The notes under the pieces were generated by a model that saw only the letters and a program-made list of their open reading frames with translations, did not search any database and had not been told where the DNA came from. Made by a program: the position numbers and the translations under genes. Below are positions 25,133 through 40,100 of a stretch of 64,000 nucleotides of DNA, in pieces. Where the stretch lies: contig NMRA01000081.1 in NCBI GenBank assembly GCA_002633005.1, positions 3,625 through 67,624 on the forward strand, in the 5' to 3' direction. Position 1 is the first letter of the stretch. The number at the start of each line of letters is the position of its first letter. Source of the stretch: Phoronis australis (lineage: Eukaryota; Animalia; Phoronida).

Positions 25133-28100
25133 CTGTGACGAAAACGAGGGCAAAGTTCAATAACTATCTCCCGGCGAGACATATTATCACAGCCAAAATC
25201 ACTTGCTCTTATTGAGAATACATCGTGTGATATATCGCGGAATCTCGCAAGATCTTTCGCTGGAGCTGTTGGTGGAGGTGGCACCATTAAAAGCAGAGTA
25301 GTAGTGACCCGATGAAGTATCTCTGTGACAAAAAACGGGTAAGTTCAATAACTGTCGCGCGGTAATACACTTCTAGCCAAAGTGACCTTTTCTGATTGGA
25401 AATACACAGCGATATTGAAGAATCTCGGAAGATCTTGCTTCTAGCGAGGACTGAACTATAGAGTCACTGAACCAACCAGCCATTTATCTCATTGCACTGA
25501 ACGCTTCCCAGGCCTACTGTCACGACGGTGAAATTTTCTCATACAAATAAGGGTTGAAGTGACACAAGGGGAATTGTTGGGGAACATGGACCCATCCTTA
25601 GCAGTAACAATACAATTCTTTCAATATCGGGGGCTTCCGTAGATAAGCCCACCCGATGAAACGCCCATGGGCATTTATTCGGGAAAATTATGCGTTTATT
25701 GTGTTACAACTTGTGGTGTCAAGTGTCCAGACAGTGGGACGTTTATTTGGAAATTTTCCTCTTAAAAGCCCTCTCAGCGTCAACTTTTTGTCACAAAATC
25801 AGTTTTGTGGAGTATTTATCATTTATAAAAACGAACAAGACGTTGGCGAACTATGCGTTTATTAACAAAAAAAAGTTAAAAACGTAGTTTTATATAAGAG
25901 TGTCATGTCAGTCAAAAAACTATGGCTTTCCGTTTAGGCGCCTCCTTTTCCGAATAAACTCCTGGGCATCATTCGGTGTTACTAAAACGCCTGAACATTT
26001 TCATTTTCCCCACGCGCAAGGGCTTATCTACAAAAAAAATCCCGGTAGCCCTGCATTTGTAAAATTCGAAACGTATGAAGAAAAATTCTGCGGTCTCTAC
26101 AGAGGACTCCCTAAAGCGCAAATAACCTTTGCAATAAGCAGGGCAAGCATGATGTTAGTCTGCTCGCGTTCAAACGTTTCAGTTTTTATCTAAGCTATGA
26201 ACACCATAAAGAAGGTGCATACCGTGTAATTTTGGCGGAAGCACACTTTCGGTTCTCCCTGCTGTAGAATATATTTAATTGCGGATTTTTAACGAAGGTT
26301 CATTTCTTCGACCCAAATTGTTCTTGATTGAACAACTCCATATCTGCGGACTGATTTTTCATAACCTACATCACGTGCGTAGCAGGCGGGGTCAGGGCGG
26401 GCGAGCGCCCCCTCTCCGCTAAGACTGCCACGAATGTTAATGAAGCCTGATTTTGGAAGCAAACTCATTAAAATTAACTTGTTAAATGTAGTTATCGATT
26501 GGTCATTTCTATTTTATATCCACTTCAACTCTTACATATCATGTACCTTTGTTCAGCCACCTCGTATTCAAGAATATCGTGGATGGCTGTGTAACCACTT
26601 GCTGATCCCAACATAAAGCTGCAAGTTTGACTCTGAACTAAAAATCTTGAGTTTTTACGTGAAACCTCGAGTTTTTAGTCAGTAACTCAAAGCTGGGGAT
26701 AATCAAGAGCAAATTTGGACTATGCATTCATTTACACAGGGCATAACATATTGGAGCTGAGAATGATAGATAATTATCTTGAATTTTCATTCTAAACTAC
26801 TTTCGTTCTAGACCTTATATTGAAAATATTGGCTACCGGGGAAAGGGCAAAAATGGCGTCAAGCCGTTAGAGAAAGGGATCTGTGGCTACCAGAGGAGAC
26901 GAAACTGAAGAAGAAGATCAAAACTAGACCTTCCTATGTTAATCTATCAGATGTGTACTCAGTGATGGAGGCTTGAAAGTACAAAACACGTTTAAATCAC
27001 AACATATGGCACACATATTAAAATGCACAGTTTAAAAGATATGTCATATACTTACTACGTTCGCAGCGACGTCCGCTGAAACCCTTCGCACAAATGCATT
27101 CGTAGTCAGCTTCCCGCCTGACGCAAGTTGCACCATTCATACACGGGACAGCAGCGCATGCGTCAACTGTGGATAGCACGAAAAAAAGCAAAAACACTGA
27201 AAGCTGGCGTGCGTTCAGTAGACGCTAGGACCTACGCTAGGACCTAGCTAAAACCTAGTCAAAGTCACGTGTTCTCATTTAAAGTGCACGGCAATATCTC
27301 ACGTAATCTCGCGAAGTCTTGCTTTTTAGCGAGGTCCTAGCGTTACTGAACGGGAGGCAGCATGTGTTATTGTAGACTAATGCAACGTTCACATACCGCC
27401 CGACCACATGAACGCACTCAGTCACAAAAATGGGGGGTTCGATTTTTTTCTAAAATTCACGGGGAACGTTTAGAGCTGTGAAATGTGCATTCGCCGAATT
27501 TTGGTAGAACGCAGCAGAAATGGCGATTATCGTACTACCGATCTTTTGACAACATGAATTAAATTTTACTTCTCCGTGCGGCGCCAAGCACAACTTTTAA
27601 GAACAAGACTATGATGGCGGTTACCTTATGTTCTCATCAATTAATTTAGCGTGACTGAAGTACCATGTGCCATTACATTCTCAGTACCGTTTGTTTCCGA
27701 ATAACTGACTAGTTCATGGTTAGGTAGGTTGTTACCGGAAAACATATCCGCGTTCCTCTCCTTCAAAATTAACAGACATGTAAAATAGGTATACACGTTC
27801 AAAGATAACTTGGATAATTTCTGGCATGCCATTTCGCAAACCTTGTAAAGGACGTTGAGACCGTTTGGTTCCACGTTTAGTACTTATGAGTGGACTCGTT
27901 TCAATTTTGCTTTCTCGAACAACTCGACAGAAGGAAATTTTCAGCAAAGTTGATCATTCGTAGACACACCTGTGCACTGTGTAACCCCATCGCCATAGTA
28001 ACCAGGCCGGTTGCACTCACAGCGGTAAGAACCATCAAGATTGTGACACGTAGCATTTTCGTGACACGGCCTGGGTATTAAGCTGCACTCATCAACGTCT

Positions 28101-31100
28101 TCTTCGCAAAAATCTCCTTGGTATCCACGTGAGCATGTGCACGTGCCCTTATCTTCGTCACAAGTGCCGTCATGAAGACACCCAAGGAACAGGCAGTCTA
28201 AAAGCAATTGACTCGGCTGAAAATAACCAAATCTAAATTTGTCTGCCCCAAACAACAATTACCTTAAAAAGCCACAGAATAGTTGACTTTGAAACATTGT
28301 GCGTTCTTTACATCGCCTTAAGCTAACATTTAAGCAAACGCACTGTGGCAGATCTACCGAATCGGGTCCCCAGTAGCGAAAGGATCTCCTGAGCCGATTT
28401 TCCCATAGGTAGTAGCCTTCTCTTTGTAGCGGGGCCATATCTTTCAGCAACAGATCCTGCCAACATGGTGATGCAGTGCATTACAAAGAGCTTTGAAAAC
28501 TGTCTAAGGACATTATACCATCGGTTACAAACGTTAACGACGTCGATCAGCAGGGGGTAACGAAGCGATATGCGACCGTTCCGCTGGCTGCGAGGGAACC
28601 CTGTAACTGATCCGGCGTCAGGCTCCGAAAATGTAGATCCGACACAGTGCATACATCTAAAAAATAACGGGTCTTACTGTCTCTGGTCGCTGCTGACGGG
28701 GTGGTTGTTTTCACGGAGGAACATGTAAAGTGAAAATGAAGACGCGTCAATGGCAAGGTATTCCATGGAGAGACCGTGCGTACGTTCAACTGCAAGTCAC
28801 TCGCGAGTAACTTGCGGAGAAAAGCCTTCTCTTATTGAACGTAGACTAAACACACTAATTCTTGAGGAAACGAGTTCATTATAGTCAATCACAAATTAAA
28901 TCCGCCATCAGTTCACTTACATTTTTACAAGAAATATGCAAACATGTCGAGACCATAGACATCGATAGACAGCATCGTGATGCCTGTGGTGGGGACTGTT
29001 CGGATATCACATTCTTGAAGACACACATAGCCCCACCCCCACACATAGTTACAGGATGAAAGAAAGGCTGGAGTTACGGCCCTACGACCTAAAACGCGAA
29101 GAGGAACTTACGAGTAGGATGCGCTGCCGTCGGTCGAGCTTGTTCAGAAAGCAACTCTGAAAAGAAGACAAAATTTCTTTTTCAAAACATTACCGGAGTC
29201 ACTTTCGTAGTAGACTAGGTTTGCGTGCTATGGTCAGTGTTCGAATTTCAGCCAATAAATGTGCTGTCCCGCCGGGCCAGTTGGACTCCGAAAATTTACT
29301 GCCCTGGCTGCCAAGTTGCTGGCTGTGCTGTTACATGTAGCATCCTATGTACGTTTTTCTCAATCTTTTCCTGTACACTAAATGCGCATGTGCGTGAGAA
29401 CCCCAATTGTCACCCTATTAACTCTAGGTGAGGAGTTGTTGGTAACTGAGATGTATTCATAAACACCACGTATATGAGTGGAGCACCATAGGGGGCTGGG
29501 GGGCTATAGCCCCCACTTTTTTCAGTGCTGCGCCGCCCATGGTCCATAGGCGGCGCACCACAATAAGACGGCCGGGGGCTTTAGCCCCCTACTTTTTTCG
29601 GCCACCCATGCATAAGCTGTGGTTACGAAATAAAAGCCCGGAACTGGATTCAACCAACATATTGTTGTAAAACACGTTTCATCAGTACATAGGACTCTAG
29701 GCTAGAGTTCTATGAGTAAACAAAATGAATGGAGCGATCGAGGATTTATTCTCCACGGTGGCGTTCAAGAGGTGAGGCAAACAAAATTAGTCAATAGATA
29801 TGTTTTGAACGTGAGACCATATCTGCATAGGACCTATATGCGAAACTTTACTGGTCAGCCAAGCCAGTGACTTTTAAAAGTTACTGGTTTGGCCGCAAAT
29901 TCACTGGTCCCGTGCCACCGGCCCAGTGTGCATTTCGAAAGCAAAAAGCTTATAGCCAGTAAGTAAACGCGCCTCTTCCTGGCAAATGAGGTCCACCTAC
30001 CGGTAATTGTTCCGGCAGAATAAGTTTATTTAATTTAAGCCCCCAACAATCGACCTATCGTTCATTAGACCACTTGCACTATTTCTGACTCTGCAAAGAC
30101 CTGACGGTTCGTTATTCGTTGAGACTACATACTCGACGCATAATATGACAAGCTCTGAGAAGCCATCTTGCAGAGCCTATAATCTTAGGCAATAACAAAA
30201 CCGTGGAATCATTTTCATGAAATGTTGACTGGAGAATAACTTGCGACCAATGTCATAAGGGCAAGTGCTCTAAATCAAAAGCTGATTTCCTTCAAGGAAT
30301 GAAAGCGGGTAATGCCGTTTGCATTTTCGAGGACCCGCAAAGGGCGCGAACCGGCGACAACAGAGCGTGGAAAGAAATATCGATACCTGCCGGCACAAAT
30401 ATCTCTCGTGTAGTGTTAACGCCACACTACCGGCGGATGAATTGGTGGTGAGCGGAAAGGAGCACCCATTGGGGATGACCGTCGAAATAACTGATTAGTT
30501 GCTGACGACCTGGAGGGGGACACAACGCGTCAGTGAACACAGTTTACGTACCTGCACACACAGGTATGTCACAATAATCGTAAACAACATTTGCGTCGAC
30601 TGTGTAGCACCACGGCCATGGTTTTCCATAAACACCGTCTGTATTTCGACAAAAATTTTCCTCGAAGTGGTCCGGGTAGACAGGGTGGCTGTGAGGAGAT
30701 TGGCTTTTCCACGGCTGACATTGAATGCCATCTGTAGTGAAGCTGACGGCTCCTTTATAGGCAGTGCCTCTGTCATCTAGTTTACAGTCTGTAATAGAAC
30801 TGAGCGTCAATTCGATCAGCATTAACTTTGCACAAAACGTTTTGTATCTGAATAGATTCATAAGACAGTTCACCTTCTAAACTTCATCTTTGAGCCTTTA
30901 GTGGCTTTTTCCCAATATCAACGGAAATTCGTAAGACAAAAATGTTAGGAACGGAAAATAATTTGGCAATAATAGTTTGGCAATCTGCTTTTCGCTTTAA
31001 CTCATTAAAAAGGTTCATTGGTGATTTTAGCCGATTTAGCCGATCCGACTTGAGAATGAATTTTCAAAGGCGTTGCAAGAACCTATTTCAAAACAAATAG

Positions 31101-34100
31101 TTGTATGCTCTAGAAACTAAAATACATGTTGTTAGCCCGGTGCATAGTTGTGGTGTAGTAAACTTAGCAGTTTGTTGACTTTGTAATAGTACTCACCAAT
31201 ACACAGTGGAACTTCGCAATAATCCCATCGCCTCCCCGTCTCAGTAGACAAACACCAGGGCATCTTTTTTCCGGCTACACCCTTATAATGACCCACCCAA
31301 TTTCGGCAATAGTTCTCCCTGAAGTAAGACGGGTAGGTGATGTGTGTGTGTGGTGTCTGTTTGTCCCACCGCTGGCAAACAGCGCCATGCCTCGTTACAT
31401 GGACCGACCCAAAGTACAACCCACCTCGTTTGTCATCGGAGCACTCTGTAAGTATCGTTTTTGTACAAATTGATTTTAAAGATATGCTTTTCCTTACATT
31501 CACCAATTTACAACACAAGGTGAGCCGAGAGATTTCGCTAAAATACAAACATTTCGTAACTTGCAGCTCTGTTTGTGTTTTCCTTGTTTTGTTATTTTTA
31601 ATTTTTGAATAGTGGGAGGGTTCCCGCCTGACCTCATTTTACATAGCGGCTTTGATTGAGTACCCATAATCCATCAGTCAGCTGAGCCATTTATTCCGTA
31701 GGCCATTTTAAGTGGTAGTGCACCACCATCAATAAAAATTAAACTAAAATTCATAGTAAATTCAGCTAAAGTTAAGTTTGAAAATATTAGGAGTTGTGTT
31801 GAATGAACATTTATTGGTCTTAAAAAGGCCTGGAACTCAAAAATTCATGAAAATACCTTTTAAATAGATCGTGACTAATTTACTTCTTGCGAGAGTCGTT
31901 CACTTCGAATTTTTAAAATCAATACATTCTGAGAGAATTTAAGGCAAACTTACTTAAAGTCACGACTGTACTTTTTGTTTGTGAGCGTAGTACATACTCG
32001 CTCGTAGACTCTAAACATTCTCCTATCTTCAGGCGTGCAGCCTTTACGTAGCAAAGCACCGAGAGACATAGCAGACAAACAAGTTGAAGGAGAACGCAAC
32101 CTTTTTTCATGTCATTTTTAGCAAAAATAAGGTTCGTTGATCATCCCAGACATATTTTTCACTTATTTACAGCTTTTCGTAATTTAATTAATCACTCGTC
32201 GTCTACTCCGGAAGTGGCGTTTTGGGAGGCAAGAATTTCGCGCCAATTTCTTTTCATATAGTCTGACTGTGAGAGCAGTCGAGTCAGTCATTGCTCTACC
32301 TCGGTTGTGATAAGTTCGGTCGTCGTTTGCTTTTGCTTACGACTCAATCAACATGCCACGCTGTTGCTGCGTACTCATTATCGTCTCACGTACAGAGGAA
32401 GAACTATCCCACTAGCCCCGTCCCGCGACACACTCCCACTGGAGGGTGATCTGAGCACCCAAACTGCTTACATCCCGCCGTGTGACTCCCTCGCCACACA
32501 CCTGGCACCTTCTAAATAGCTCCAATACAAGTCCACAATAAACTGGATTGCTTGGAAGCGATAGGGTGGCGCGGGAGACTGAGGGACAGTAAAACCACTG
32601 GCGAGGCATTTGGGCTCTACAAGCAGGTGACTGACGAGTCATTGAGTGCAGTTTTCCAAACTATGTTGCACTTCTTTGGAAACACACTGGCAATCAGCTA
32701 GAACTGCAGGGATCAACTCTAGACATCGTAGAAGGCTTCAGCATGTGCAAACTCTGTTTACGAGTTTCAGAAGGAATGACGCAGAATATGACATTGTGTA
32801 CGACAAAATTGTAACAATGACAGCCAGAGCAAACGTTCCTCTTGAGCCAACCAGAAGATGCGGAAAGCTGTATGTTGGCACTTGTTGACCTAAATTGTTG
32901 TAAATGTGATCCTGATGATGTCTAATGAAAGAAGAAACGTTGAATTGAACATGAACTATTTTATTTGTGCGGCGATCGTCCGGTTTTTGATCTTATTGTG
33001 GCCAAAAACTGATTTAATTATGAACTAGCAAACACAAAGAAACAACGTCACGGTAATAGAAGAGTACTTCTATTGAGTCATAGTTATTCCACTCGAGGAT
33101 TGTCTACTACAACAGGTTGGCATGCGGTTTACGGTTCTGACAAATAAAGCAGTACAGGGATTCCTTCTAATCCAGTACAGTCTTGGAGAAGAAAGCAAAA
33201 CAGCTGGCGAACTGTTACAATGATGACCTTCCGTCTAGTGCCACTTTGCACCAGTAGGATAAGCAACTATGGACAAACACAGACGACAAGCCCGACAACC
33301 TTACTGCTGCACTATAGGATAGAAAGTCATGTCCATTCCTATTTCCAAGCATCACCAAGGTGTTGCTATAGCTACCATCCGTCTCCCACAGACATCTTGT
33401 ACGAGTTTTACCGAAAAAAATTCAAAGTCAATATAATGTAGGCTAAGTTACTGAGTGTTTTATTATTGACATTTTTGAGCAAACAAATGCAGAAAGCAAC
33501 TAGAAACTATTTAAAGATGCTTTAACCGAAAGTTTGTGGCTGCCAACATTGTCCAGGTTCTCTGTCCTATTATCGGGGCTCATGTTTTAAAGGTTGGGAT
33601 TCGCGTTCTGAAGTAGGGGTTCGTGTTTTGAGGTCGGGGTTCGTGTCTTTCGGACTGGTTAGCTGTTCTGAAGTTGTAGGATATCTATTTTACATCGGGA
33701 TTCCAATTTCGATGGAGTACCCTGCTACTTATGTACCAAAAACACAACGGCCAAAAATACCTTTCATTGTTGCCATGACCCAGTTTCGCCAGTCACCGCC
33801 GCACACTTGGTTCCTGTTGCCGTAACAGGGATCCTTGCACTCGGAATCTCTCGCTTTACCATACTTGCCGTAACTGTGGCCGCAGAAGCACTGCACTGAG
33901 TGTTGCACGCCAGCGTAGAGGTAGCCGGCTTTCCAACATGCCTCCCGACACTTTCCATGAGTGTTCTTGCTGCTGCTGTATGCCTTGTAGCTCAGATCTC
34001 TGTCGCTGTCGTCCTTGTAACACCCGGGGACACCTGTTTTGAAGTACGGCCACTCGTTCACGAACTTCCGTAATTGTAAGAAGCGCCAAACGGTTCTTAA

Positions 34101-37100
34101 ACGAGTACCATTCTGTACATTGTAATGTGCTTAATTAACGAATAGTTTTACTTTATCAACGTGCACTGTTGCCCAATCATAGCGTACTTTTAATCAGGTC
34201 ATATACCCCAATCCCCGGGGTTCACTCATCATACTGACAAGGTGTACACATTGGTGAGAGACTCAGGCTCGCTAATTCTCACCCCTCCCTTTGCGAGGTA
34301 CTACGGTAGATTTTTCTGCCTCACCCCCTTTTGCTGGGCTGATCAAGCCAATGCAGTGGGCCTTTGCTGAAAAAGTGCCCCCTATCCACAGATTTTGGCA
34401 CACGCCTGCGGGCATCTTGTTAATATGAGGGACCCTCCCAGGAGCCCGTCACAACCGTGCTCTCAAATCTCAAAAAGGGCGGAAGACTTTCTACATGGGT
34501 GCAAGGCAAATTTTGACGAATGTTACAGATTCTTATCAAATGACCACGTAAATGATGGCGCCGTTACGTTCTGAATGTGAACTTGCCTTTGCCAGGACGA
34601 ATAACAAATTCAGCGCGTTGATCAATTCGCGTTGATTAAGCAAAACTACGCGTTGATGATGCAAAAGAGCGCGTTGAATAAAAGTAGAACTATGATCAGG
34701 ATTCGACAAAGTATATAGGTATGTATAGTTTCACACTGCCTTCTCAAGCAATAAAGTCTGACTAATGGAAACGGCACACTGACCACGTTGTCGGTTGCAC
34801 TGCACTACCACAATGCGCTTGCGTTTACAATCTCCATCGAGAAATCTTACTCGGCAGTCATTCAATGACCTCTCGCCGCCTTTACACGTCACCTTTACTT
34901 GAAACTTCTTTAAGTTTGCCGGAATTGAGGTAAGGATTTCAGCCCCATTGCTGAAAAGTTGAATACACCAGTAATCCAATTACCAAATTATTGAGAATTT
35001 AAAAATGCAAAGAGAAAAGCTCTTAAATTGCCCGAAGCTGGGCTTTGGTCAGTTGATTCTGTGAGCAACCCGTTACATGAATAGGCGCCGACGGACTTAG
35101 AATGTCATGTGGGGATCTTCTTACAATTTCTGACGGATTAGGGCCGAAGTCCTAAAGACAGCATTATCGTGCCTTTCTAATTTGGCAATACCCGGAGGAA
35201 TGCTCGGTCCCTCCCCCGCACACCTAAATCTGCAAATGATGCCTAAGGCGAAGATCGATTTCAGTGAAGCATGCTTAAATGAAATATGTTTGTTCCCATC
35301 CGCTGACTCAGATTCGTAGTATATCCGGCGCGACCGTGCTGTTCTGACAATGATAAAGTTTTAGTGTACTCTCGTTTTTTGTCAGCTGTCATCCTGGGAT
35401 CACTAGTCAGACATTTTAATTCAGGCAAAGGATAAGAAAGCAACAACATTGCTTTGATAGTACAATTGCACCTCTGGTTATGGGAGCGTTTTAAAGAATA
35501 CAATGAGATAATGGTCCTACGTGTATCCCATTTGTCGACAGATTACATGCGCCTCCTTCACGCCCATTTCAGGACTGTGGCATAACGTTCCCCAGGAGCT
35601 TTGGTGGCGAACGTATATCTCTATTAATCCTGCTCCGTACTTTTCAGTCGATCTCCAGAACCGAACAGGATGCTCATCTGAAAGAGGCGTATCAAATAGT
35701 GTTGCCCACACAACTGGTGGTGGGGGTGGTGGTGAGGGGGGGTGGTGGTGGTGGTGGCGGTGGGGGTAGTGGTGGTGGTGATGGTCGAGATGGTGGCAAT
35801 GACGGTGGTTGTAGGTTTGGTGGTGATGGTGGGTGTTTGTGAGGTCATGACAGTGGTGGTATTGGTCGTAACCATGATGATGGTTGTGAAGATGACAGTA
35901 GTAGTGGTGGTGGTTGTGACGATAGTGGTGACGGTTGCGATGATGGTGACGGTGGTGGGGGTTTTGTGGTGATGGTGCTTTTAGTATTTTGAAGTCTAAT
36001 GATCGGTTACCTTGGAAAACTTTAATATTTTTGAGTTTTCTTCGTTTTATTTGATTTTATGAAAAAGGTGATTCTTCAGCTTCTGTTGGCAAAACGTACA
36101 TTGTATGACCAATGTTTACTGCCGCAAAATTGGTTTTGCCTTGGTTCCTGCAAAGAACTCCAGACAGGTCAATCACTAGAACTCTTGGACCGGAATGCCA
36201 ACTAGAACAACAATCGCGTGCCAACTGAGGGTGTTTCATTTGCGTTCTATTTTAAGGTATTTGCGATCGTTGAAGTTAAGAAAAATGACGTCACTTTTTG
36301 TTCTCAAGATGACAAGTAGTAAAGTTGTTAGAAAAGGAATAGGAAGTCAAACAGTTTTGTTAAGTTAATTTAGCACGTATAATACTGTTTGAAATAAATC
36401 GTGACATATTTTACTCAGAAAAAATGAAAGAGGCAGCTTCTAGTGCATTTTTTCGAAAAAGTATTTTTTGATAATTAAAGGCTGTTTTCATTATGAATCA
36501 AATTACTACAAAAAGAATTACAGAAACGGGTGCGAAATTCTCTGACTGAAAGTAGAGGGAACCATGCAAAACACAAAACTGATCTTTAGGCCTTGCCAAT
36601 TGTTTGGTTCTGGCATCGGTTTTGTTATATGAACATCCTGAACTCGGTATACTGAAGTAACTNACAGGAACAATACCTAATATACACAGGCAATATGAAT
36701 GATTGCGTCTGCAGTAACAATGACAAGTAGTAAAGTTGTTAGAAAAGGAATAGGAAGTCAAACAGTTTTGTTAAGTTAATTTAGCACGTATAATACTGTT
36801 TGAAATAAATCGTGACATATTTTACTCGGAAAAAATGAAAGAGGCAGCTTCTAGTGCATTTTTTCGAAAAAGTATTTTTTGATAATTAAAGGCTGTTTTC
36901 ATTATGAATCAAATTACTACAAAAAGAATTACAGAAACGGGTGCGAAATTCTCTGACTGAAAGTAGAGGGAACCATGCAAAACACAAAACTGATCTTTAG
37001 GCCTTGCCAATTGTTTGGTTCTGGCATCGGTTTTGTTATATGAACATCCTGAACTCGGTATACTGAAGTAACTGAACGTTCTAATGTATTTCACAACTTA

Positions 37101-40100
37101 CGCGTTTTGTGCTGAGGGTCACAAACCACTGCTGCTGTGTGTTTTAATATGTCACAACTTTGCGGCACCCTTTCGTAATGGCAGCGGTCAATGTGTTGGG
37201 CTCCAATATTGCAGTCCATGTTAGAGATTAGAAATTTACCGTTGCCGTAGCCATATCGCGACCCTTTAACGGCTTCAATTGCTTTTTCACTGAAACATGA
37301 TCACCAATATGAGTCTACTGGGTATGTTATAACCACGTCTTCTTAGACTCGGACAAGGACGTTTTCGCTCAGGTCACACGACGGGTCAAATAAATAGGAC
37401 CAGTATTATTTGTAGCTATGGTGATCGCGGCATACAGTAAGCTTTGATTGCGCATGCTCCAACTGATCCAACGACTGGGTGGACAATCGCAGGCCCGTAG
37501 CCAGGGGGGTTCGAGGGGTTCGAACGAACCCCCCCCCCCGCGGAAGAGGTCCAGCCCCAGCCTATCCGTTAAAGATATGATACAGATGAACAACAACAAA
37601 ATTGACTCATCTACTGGTGCTACTAACTACAATTGTTAACTAAGTAAGTAATAGTTTTAAATTTGCTTCTGATTCAAAGCGCTTCACGTTATCATCAAGC
37701 CGTGCGGTACCCGGCCCACGTCGCCCGAGTGGTATTTGCGTAGATGACAGGATCGTGTAGACGATTAGAGGAGGCTTTATGTTACTCATCGGCATTGAAC
37801 ACGCGTGTTGGTTACACCGTAGGGTAACACGGGAGTCTAGAAGTAAATCTTTATACCTAGATAGGCTATATAGAAGCGAGATAGCTCCCAAAAAGTCACA
37901 TTGCGGTGTACGTGAATGCCATAAAATCGACCATGAAGCAAAACGGCAGAAAACAGGTTTGTTATCTGATATTGCTTGCTAGCATAGTACGGTGAAGGGC
38001 AGGCGTTTCCAAGACCCTCCCGACCTTCCCTACGCTCGGCGCTACGCGCGCGCCTCGGATTCGGGCGAATCCGGGCCCCCCCCCCACCCCTTACTGAAAA
38101 CGTAGATCTGACTCTGCCAAGGTTAGATGCCACAATTCCGAAGGTTCGCTACTCCGAAGGTCCACTACTCTGAAGGTTTGCCACCTTTGAAAGTTCACTT
38201 TTTTCGAATGTCCACAATTCCAGAACCAGAACTCCGACAGTTATTTTGTTTAGTCGGGTTTCTCTCAAACAGTAGTCCAGGCCTCAAACCACTGAGCCAA
38301 ACAGTTCATTACTCTGACTGTCTGCTTATGAGTCGTAACAAACGTGAATAAATTATTGTATTTGAGTCCATTTAGTAACCATTTAAAAGGGTGTGCAAAA
38401 GGTTGACTAGTTCTTAATACATCATTTTGTTTAGATCGGTTCCAATCACTGCCAATCGTGATACTTGAATCATTAACGACTCATTCTCAATTAGGGGCAA
38501 CATCTGGGGCACGTATACCGGCTGCGGCGACCAAAGGTTTTAAATTTAAGAAGACAACCGGGGTTCACTGACTATGTGAAGACTGGCAGGGACTGGGTAG
38601 CCAGCTAACTACATTTGATTTCGACCCGCCTGTGCGTGGTTCCGGTGGGTGAGGTTCAGGCGGAGCGGCGCTAAACTTTTCAGTCGCGCTGTGAAATGAT
38701 GCGACCTTGACATGGATTTGATGAATGTATCGCGATTGATAATTCATCAATATTCCCACTCCAAATTGTTTAAAATGCAACAACGTTAACACGGAAAAAT
38801 ATAACTATAGATAAAAAGTTTCGTTTAAGTTAGTCTCCAACTAATATTTCTGACCGAGAAGGTGTAATCACTCATTTAAGCACGCCTGATTTGAAAATTT
38901 GGCAAGAAGTAACGATGAGAACGTTTTGGACGGCATTACATCCGAAATGAGTCCCGTTTTTTGCGAGCAACCGTCACGGCCTCGCTGGTTCCCTGCGTGA
39001 CGCTGGGTGGTAGCAAGCAAGCCTGGGATGATCACTTAATTTTCCTCGGGGAATTTTTTTACACCGGCGTTTCTGATTGGCTGGTCGATTTCTCAACAAG
39101 CAGCACTTTACCTAAACAAATTGGCATGATGATGGAGGAAGTGTAAATGTGGTCTGTTGTACAGACAAATCGGGTGCTTAAAATTCAGATTCAAGAAATG
39201 TGAATCCAATAAAATTGTGGTTGCACCTTTCGGATTGCATCTTCCTAATGTCGCTATAGCTTTTGTTTACGTTAGGCCTACTCTCCTGTATTTATACAGT
39301 ATGAATAACACACTAGTTTAATCTACCAGATGACGGCGTGTTTATTGTACATGCATATATGTGCTTCTGAGCACGCGGCTATTAAACATTAGGCCTACTG
39401 TAGAAACAAAATAGTTGCTGCTACGCCACTTGCACGGACAAGGCTAATGAAATCGTCCATAGGTCGCCATTTTCTCACTTTGTTGTAAAGCTAACCAATG
39501 ATTGTCGAGGTTACATCAACCAGTGATAAAGCGCGTGCTACTGCCTGCTACTTGCGTGCTGGCTACCACCTAGCGGCAGGTGGGGAACCGGCGAACCGTC
39601 ACAGCATCCTCATCTCTGGTATTACTAATTCCGTCTCATCTCAAAAACATAGAATTGAGAGTCATCGTTGTGTATACAAATTTCCCTTGCCCCTGATTAA
39701 GCTGCGTCAACTGAAGGCCCTAATGAAAACTCCACAGTGTTGACGTTTGCAAATTAGTATCAAAGATCCACCGTTCAAGAAATTCGAACCACCCCTGCGC
39801 AATGCTGGCTACGGGCCTGGACAGTGCCCGCACCGTGTCTACTTAGCTGCAGAAACGGGAATGCTCTCATACTGCCTTCATACGCCGGAACCTTTTCGGC
39901 GAATTATGTCTCATATTTATTAAAACCCCTTGTTCATCAGACGCGCCCATCAGGAGGTCGTCGATGTCATATTCCCTGGCGCGAACTGTGCAATATGGCC
40001 AGTTGTCGATTTGGGCAACTGAAATAAGGACCGCTCGAAAAAAAGTTTGACTACAGGAGTATTAGTTTCTACTTGGAAGAAATTAAAGACATCGCCGGCC

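Noticed and set aside
28260-29070. Additional receptor exons between the linker and the EGF exons
   Set aside because: Candidate segments have stops or incompatible phases, and 29112->28197 already joins in phase.
35624-35875. Thr-rich mucin-like ORF
   Set aside because: Out of frame with SRCR2, no suitable donor seen; a by-product of the trinucleotide repeat.
36310-37075. Near-perfect ~350-bp direct duplication (36310-36662 / 36720-37072)
   Set aside because: The copies flank a single N (36663); most likely an unmerged contig or haplotype overlap.
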